Origin: Octopus bimaculoides
Lineage: Eukaryota
Reading direction: 5' to 3'
Length of the DNA stretch: 64,000 nucleotides
Assembly: GCF_001194135.2 (NCBI RefSeq)
Contig: NC_068987.1
Span: 89,558,581 to 89,622,580, forward strand
In this document: positions 57,300 to 64,000 of the stretch, piece by piece
Numbering within the stretch: position 1 is the first letter of the stretch
Layout: each line of letters begins with the position of its first letter
Translations under genes and position numbers: made by a program
Notes under the pieces: generated by a model
Database searches by the model: none
Told to the model about the DNA's origin: nothing
Seen by the model: only the letters and a program-made list of their open reading frames with translations

Positions 57300-57670
57300 T
57301 GGAAATTGTAGTTGTGGCTGATACCAGTGCTGCCTGACTGGCTCCCGTACTGGTGGCACGTAAAAAGCACCATCTGAATGTGGCTGAGGCCAGCCCCGCC
57401 TTGACTGGCTCCTGTGCCGGTGGCACGTAAAAAGCACCAACCGATCATGGTCGATGCGAGCTCCTTCTGGCCCCTGTGCTGGTGGCACGTAAAAAGCACC
57501 CACTGCACTCTCGGAGTGGTTGGCGTCAGGAAAGGCATCCAGCTGTAGAAACACTGCCAGATCAGATTGAGGCCTGGTGCAGCCTCCTGGCTTCCCAGAC
57601 CCCAGTCGAACCGTCCAACCCATGCCAGCATGGAAAACATCGTTAAACAATGACAATGATGATGATGATA
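57300..57670 (+). mobile_element. RTE LINE 3' UTR with three hairpin-repeat units
   Basis: GGTGGCACGTAAAAAGCACC occurs exactly at 57352, 57419 and 57481, followed by the common body and an ATG-repeat tail. Confidence 0.8.
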
Positions 57671-59267
57671 TATATGTATGTGTGTGTGTAAAAGGAAAAC
57701 AAAACCAAGGCAGGATGGGCATCTCAGATCAGAATATTTAAGGTGAATTAAAAAGGAGAAGTAACAGTAATTACTTCTACTTTTCAGTTTTGATTCACCT
57801 TACTCTAATTAAGTATTCTAAATGACTTGAGATATTCGGCCTGCTTTGGTTTTGTTTTCCTTTTTCCTTTTAATGTATATCTGCTGACTCGGAAGCCTTC
57901 TATGGATCCCTAGCTCCAGCCTCAGCTGTGAACTTCTAACCTGCAGCATGCCTGTTGGTTTAGATCATCAGTGAACTAAACCCCTCATGTTCTATACATG
58001 TGTGTGTGTGTGTGTGTGTGTGTACATACACAGAAGTATGTGGCTCTTAACGAATTTGTGTTATATCATGTAGAAAACTGAAGAAATGTGAAAATATTGG
58101 TTTCAAATTTTGGCACAAGGCCAGCAATTTCAGGGGATGGAATAAGTTGATTATTTGGACCCCAGTGTTCAACTGGTACCTATTTTATTAACTGTGAGAC
58201 AATGAAAGGCAAAGTCAACCCTGGTGGCATTTGAATAAAGAATGTAAAGATAAAAAGAAATGCCACTAAGCATTTTTTCCAACATGGTAATGATTCTGCC
58301 AGCTTACCACCTCAAGAAATATGAAAGTATTAACATGATTAATTAAAAGAACATATTTTATTAATTCACAATTGAAGTTTACTTGAAATTTATCATAATT
58401 ACATTTTTATGAAAATTGCTCAATGCCAATGAATACTAAATCACCAATTGGTCAGTCCACTTAGCTTTAAATGGGTTTCTTAAGCAACAGAGTGCCTTGG
58501 AATTGGTAAATGATTTGTTAGCTTGTGGTGTTGAGCTTAAATTCTTGCCAGAGAAAGCATCAAGAAACTATTTCTGTATCTGTCTTTGAATCATTTCGAG
58601 GAGATAAACCCTTTTCATATATCCTAATGATTTGTAAGAAATAATTGTTTAAATGTTCTGTTGTGTCTGGGGAGAGTCATTTTCTTATTGTGCCTTAAAA
58701 TTTAACACACTCACCGATAAAATTTCAACTTATTTCTTATTTTTATTTTCCTAAAATTTTTGTTGCGTCTTACAACCTTTCCAATAGTCTTGACTCTGTC
58801 CGTTATTTACGCTGCGTTCTGTTTTTGTGCATGTATGTGTCTCAGTGTGTGTGTATGTATGCATGCATGTGTGTGTATGTATGTCTGTGTGTGTGTGCAT
58901 ATGTATATATGTATATGTGTGTGTATGTATATGTATGTATGTATGTATGTATGTGTATGTATGTGTGTGTATTGTTTAAATATTTTCCCTTCATTTTTAA
59001 TTTGCAGAGATCTTCTGTTTGATCATAGTTTTCTAAATGTGAAATCACCAAATATTCTGCAAATTACACTAACCAATGATAAATGCAAATGTGAGAGTAA
59101 TGATTCCTGATATTACTTTTGTAATCACTTTGCTTATTCAATGTATCAATTTGAGGTTTTCTGAGAAAACCTTGATTTGTTTACAGGTATTTATGATAGC
59201 ATTGTGTCTAAGGAGGGCCATTATGCCAATAACAAACACACACACACTGTTCAATTTTATTGCTTTT

Positions 59268-59520
59268 ATTATTATTAGTCAATTGGTTAAGCATTTAATC
59301 AGTTAAGTCATCAATTGTTTGATTGATCATTCAGTCAGTCAATCAATTAGCTAGGTTTGTCAAAGTCCTTTCATAGCCAGGTCTGTCTCAGACCTGAAGT
59401 TGACCTGAATGGCAACGAAAGGACTTTGACAAACCTAGCTGGCTGAGTGACTGACCAAACAATTAATTAAACAAGTGATGAGTTAATTGGTTAAATGATT
59501 AACCAATTGACTAACAATAA
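59268..59520. repeat. Imperfect ~250-bp fold-back
   Basis: Perfect 24-bp inner arms (59349-59372 and 59417-59440) plus diverged outer arms (~59272-59306 and ~59483-59520). Confidence 0.75.
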
Positions 59521-60439
59521 AGAAGTGAACTAGAACTGGCACATATGTTTATAACTGTCACAGTGACCCTCCCAAGTTACAACAAAATCTATTTCAATAC
59601 ACAAGTTCACATCAAGAATCTTGCAAACCAAATATAATTGCAGGCATAGCTGTGTAATAAAAAGTTTGATTCTCAACCACATGGTTCTGGGTTCAGTCCC
59701 ACTGCATGCACCTTAGGCAAGTGTCTTCTACTCTAGTCTCGGGTCAACCAAACCCTTGTGAGTGGATTTGATAGACGGAAACTGAAAGAAGCCTGCTGTA
59801 TATATATGTGTGTGTTTGTTTACCCCACCACCGCCACCACTTGACAACTAGTGTTGGAGTGTTTATATTCCTGTAACTTAACAGTCCAGCAATACATACT
59901 GATAGAATAAGTACTGGGCTTAAAAAATAAGTATTTGGGTTGGTGTGTTCAACTAATACTTTTCAAGGTGGTGCCCCAACATGGCCACAGTCTAATGAGT
60001 GAAAGAAGTAGATGATAAAAGATACAGACAAAAACGATGTCTATGGTACTCTTGCTTGAAATTATCCTCTGCTAAATGTGGCAGCTTAGTAATAGAAGAT
60101 CCTCACTTCTCTTTTTAACCATAGAAAATGTGATGGGTCTGCATTTGTTTTGTTTCTTTGTGAATGCATCACCTTTAATCTAAATAGCAAATATACCTGT
60201 CTTTGGCAAATGTACCTGAATCTGAGTTGTGGCTTCTTTTGGTGGATTGTGGGGAAATATTGATTGATATTACTTCCTTAACTCCTTGCAGATCTTGAGG
60301 TTTAATGTAAGCTTTTGGGTTTGTGGTGTTAAATAGATCACAAGAAGGCCCACTGTGCTATCCACCCACTACAGAAATTGAACTCAAAGACATATAACAA
60401 CATTATGACACAACTGCTTTACCCCAATCAATTCAGCTC

Positions 60440-60570
60440 TCCTTGATATTTTACCAAAATACATCAAAACAGAAGCAGGTCTTATAAAATTCAAAAGTTC
60501 TCTGGACAAATTTCTCCAAAATATCCCGGACCAACCTCCTTCATCGGGTTATGTTTTCAACAATAATAAC
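60440..60570 (+). mobile_element. CR1/L2-group LINE 3' end relic
   Basis: FKSSLDKFLQNIPDQPPSSGY...NNSL resembles the FK..LDK.L..IPDQP...Y...NSL C-terminus of CR1-group elements. Confidence 0.55.
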
Positions 60571-62401
60571 TCTTGTTATTATATGTGTGTGTGTGTGTAC
60601 CACCACCACCTGACAACTGGTGTTGGTTTGTTTACACTCCCGTAAATTAGCGATTCGGTTACTGGGGGAGGGGGGTCGATTTATTCAGCTAAACTCTTCA
60701 ATGTCGTGCCCCAGCATGGCCGCAGTCCAATAACTGAAACAAGTAAAGATGTAAATAAAAAAGAAAGTAAATTGTACGTGGCACCTTGGGTAAGTGTCTT
60801 CCACTATAGTCTCGGGCCGACTAAAGCCTTGTGAGTGGATTTGGTAGGCGGAAACTGAAAGAAGCCCGTCGTATATATGTATACATATATATATATATAT
60901 GCAAAATACCAAACTGAACCTCACCTCTTATATCTCATCTTTCTTCCTCCTTTAACGCCTATGTGATATAATTCTTGAGAGAGAATACATTTACGGCTGA
61001 AGATAGCTTTATATTGTCAATTATACACTGATGTAACAACTATAAAGCTTGAAACACGTGTACCGCAGAATCCTTTGTGTTTTTGTTTTTATTTTTGCAT
61101 TTACAATTTATATATGTGTGTGTGTGTGTGTATGTGTCTGTGTTTGTGNNNNNNNNNNAGCATCGCTTGATAACCGATGCTGGTGTGTTTACGTCCCCGC
61201 AACTTAGCGGTTCGGCAAAAGTGACCGATAGAATAATTCCTGGGGTCGATTTGCTCGACTAAAAGGCGGTGCTCCAGCATGGCCACAAACAAATGACTGA
61301 AACAAGTAAAAGATATATATATGTGTGTGTGTGTGTGTGTGTCTTGAAATTTCCCTCTCCATATTCAACATGTAGAATTCTTTTCCTTTTGGTTAAAATG
61401 TTTTGAAACGTATTGTACGCCTCTCTACTCTTCTTCTCCCACTCCCACTCCTCTTATCTTTTTCGTTTTCTAACATCGCCTCTCCATTCGACCCTTGTCT
61501 TCTCTTTCATGTTATCCTTGTTTTGTTTTCTTTCACTACTTGACTGACAACTTAATGTCTCCCACCTCGTTCTCTCTCTTTCTCTGACCTGACATTTCCA
61601 CCGAACAATAAACAAGCCCTGATCTTTCCTATCCCTCTAGCTTTGTTGCGGTTATTGTCTTCGTTTTTTTCACTTTTACCTCGCGCCATTTCTTGTCTTC
61701 ATTTCAAAATTATAAAAAGAAAAAAGAACATTAATATACGAAGAACGAATACTACCGCCATCTCTTTAAAAAACTGTCTCTCTTAGGTTTTCCCTCACTA
61801 CATATATTGCTACGTCTAAATATACGTTATTCTTGCCTTGTTTGGATGTATACTATGTGTTATGTGTGTGTATATATGTAGTATGTACGTGTGTGTTATT
61901 TAGTCTCAAATCAATACTGATCGAGTAAACCGATGACCAAAAGTGTTCCAGATGTGGCCATTTCGTCTTTTTCTCTTTTGTGTCTATATCGCCTATTCTA
62001 TGACTGAGAGTGATAATTCGAAAGATTTGGCTGCCATTTCTAGCATATAGAGCAACCATATAAAACTTCATCTATACTTGTTATTGCTTGACCCAAACAG
62101 TTTGAGATTATGATGACTTCAAAAATAAAATAAAATAAAATAAAGATTTCAATTTCCTCTCTTCTTTTTGTCTCTATCCCTACCTCTTTCTGGTTTTATT
62201 TTCAAACACTCAACTAACAGCGCTCAGTGTTGACTGCTTTGCTAAACAACTTACATATATATTAATCATACCAGAGATTAAAATCATATTTTAGTCTCTT
62301 AACACTAGTTAAAATTTGATTTTTATGTGAAATATTTTAGATGGAAATGCACTTTGAAAAGCATTGTAAAATGAAGAAAAAGTTTAGTAAAATAAATATA
62401 T

Positions 62402-62820
<419 letters not shown>

Positions 62821-63239
62821 GTATATAATGAATTATATATGCTGGTGGCATGTAAAAAGCACTCTCTACACTCTCGGAGTGGTTGGCATTAGGAAGGGCA
62901 TCCAGCTGTGGAAACTTTGCCAGATGGGATTGGAGACTGGTGCAGCCTCCTGGCTTGCCAAACCATCCAACCCATGCCAGCATGGAAAGTAGATGTTAAA
63001 CAATGATGATGATGAAGTAATTTAATTACATCAGTCCCCAGTTTTCAACTGGTACTTATTTTCTTGACAACATCAATAATAATAATAGCTACAAATGAAA
63101 TGGTCTCACGTTGTAATTCAACTGATATCATGAGTCAACATGGAGGCTTTCAACTGTAAATATAAAAGAGAATCAGTTTCAAATCTAGTTAGACCTGTCA
63201 CAACATTTATACTTATCATCATCATCATCATCACCATTT

Positions 63240-63635
63240 AAACAGACCCATTCGAGTGTGATTGTTGTCGAGGCTGCTGACTGGCTCCTGTGCTGATGAC
63301 GCGTAAAAAAAGCACCATACAAGCATGGGCGTTGACAGTGCCGCCGGACTGGCTCCTGTGCAGGTGGCACGTAAAAAGCACCATTTGAGTGTGGTCAATG
63401 CCAGTGCCGCCTGACTGGTTCTCATGCCGGTGACATGTAAAAAGCATCCACTACACTCTTGGAGTGGTTAGTGTTAGAAAGGGCATCCAGCTGTAGAAAC
63501 ACTGCCAGATCAGATTGGAGCCTGGTGCAGCTTTCTGGCTCACCAGCCCTCAGTCAAACCGTCCAACCCATGCCAGCATGGAAAGCGGACGTTAAACGAT
63601 GATGATGATTAAATGATGATGATGATGATGATAAT
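63240..63635 (+). mobile_element. RTE LINE 3' UTR with three repeat units and long ATG tail
   Basis: Three G(T/A)GxCAxGTAAAAAGCA units at ~63297, 63363 and 63429, ending GGACGTTAAACGATGATGATG. Confidence 0.8.
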
Positions 63636-63751
63636 GATTATTGCATTTAGAATTTTTAAAGTTTATAATATCCAATGTCAAACTTGGACACACGCTTTAT
63701 CTAGTGGCCAGTGGTAAGAGAACTAATGTACGCACAACACAACACAACACA

Positions 63752-63782
<31 letters not shown>

Positions 63783-64000
63783 CACACTAGGTCATTTTGC
63801 TGATAAGATAGAGTGACAAAGGTAACTTTTGTTAAAACCATGTAAGAATTTATAAAATCGAAGGCTTAAAACTATATCATAGTTGCAAAAATACTGCCAC
63901 TCTTCTGTGTTTGTATAGGGTAAAGACAAATATTTTTGATATCACGAGAACACATGTTAATTTAAATAGAAAAAAAGAAAACATTATTATCAGCGTCATC

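Noticed and set aside
57340-57500. CRISPR-like repeat-spacer appearance (also 7650-7850, 13740-13945, 63290-63450)
   Set aside because: Only 3-4 units, the linkers are homologous to each other, the array sits inside a eukaryotic LINE 3' UTR, and there are no cas genes.
58760-59110. ORFs rich in CV/YI/HT/SL repeats throughout the track
   Set aside because: These are translations of (TG)n, (TA)n, (CA)n and (CT)n microsatellites.
61330-61800. Long pyrimidine-rich strand-biased tract
   Set aside because: No periodicity, splice pairing or ORF; treated as low-complexity sequence.

Overview
AT-rich, repeat-dense eukaryotic DNA with seven N-gaps. The repeat families and C2H2 linker style point to an octopus genome (inference). 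Two spliced ciliary genes can be rebuilt by hand. (1) A 14-exon Tectonic (TCTN) gene on + (CDS 1016..27202, 1968 nt, 655 aa, every intron GT-AG and in phase), with a signal peptide, a Thr/Ser/Pro stalk, the Cys-rich tectonic signature, a GPI-like hydrophobic tail and a near-perfect RFX X-box upstream. (2) A convergent 5-exon CFAP97-domain gene on - (CDS 36788..31740, 810 nt, 269 aa) with an unusual ~110-aa Pro-rich tail; the ORF track shows only its last exon and part of the one before. The rest is a transposon patchwork: RTE LINE 3' ends with (ATG)n tails and hairpin-repeat arrays, tRNA-derived SINEs, a Mag-type Gypsy solo LTR plus a pol-PPT-LTR remnant, Penelope-like relics including an inverted pair of hammerhead-like motifs, a mariner relic, several MITEs (hAT, pogo, piggyBac-, Kolobok- and Merlin-like) and a decayed C2H2 zinc-finger array. 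I found no protein-coding gene in 37-64 kb, and no rRNA, true tRNA or CRISPR. I did not find a clearly new biological system. The best leads are the identical inverted repeats bracketing TCTN exon 6, the hammerhead-like inverted element, the modular LINE 3' UTR array and the Pro-rich CFAP97D tail. Family assignments rest on remembered motifs, not database searches.
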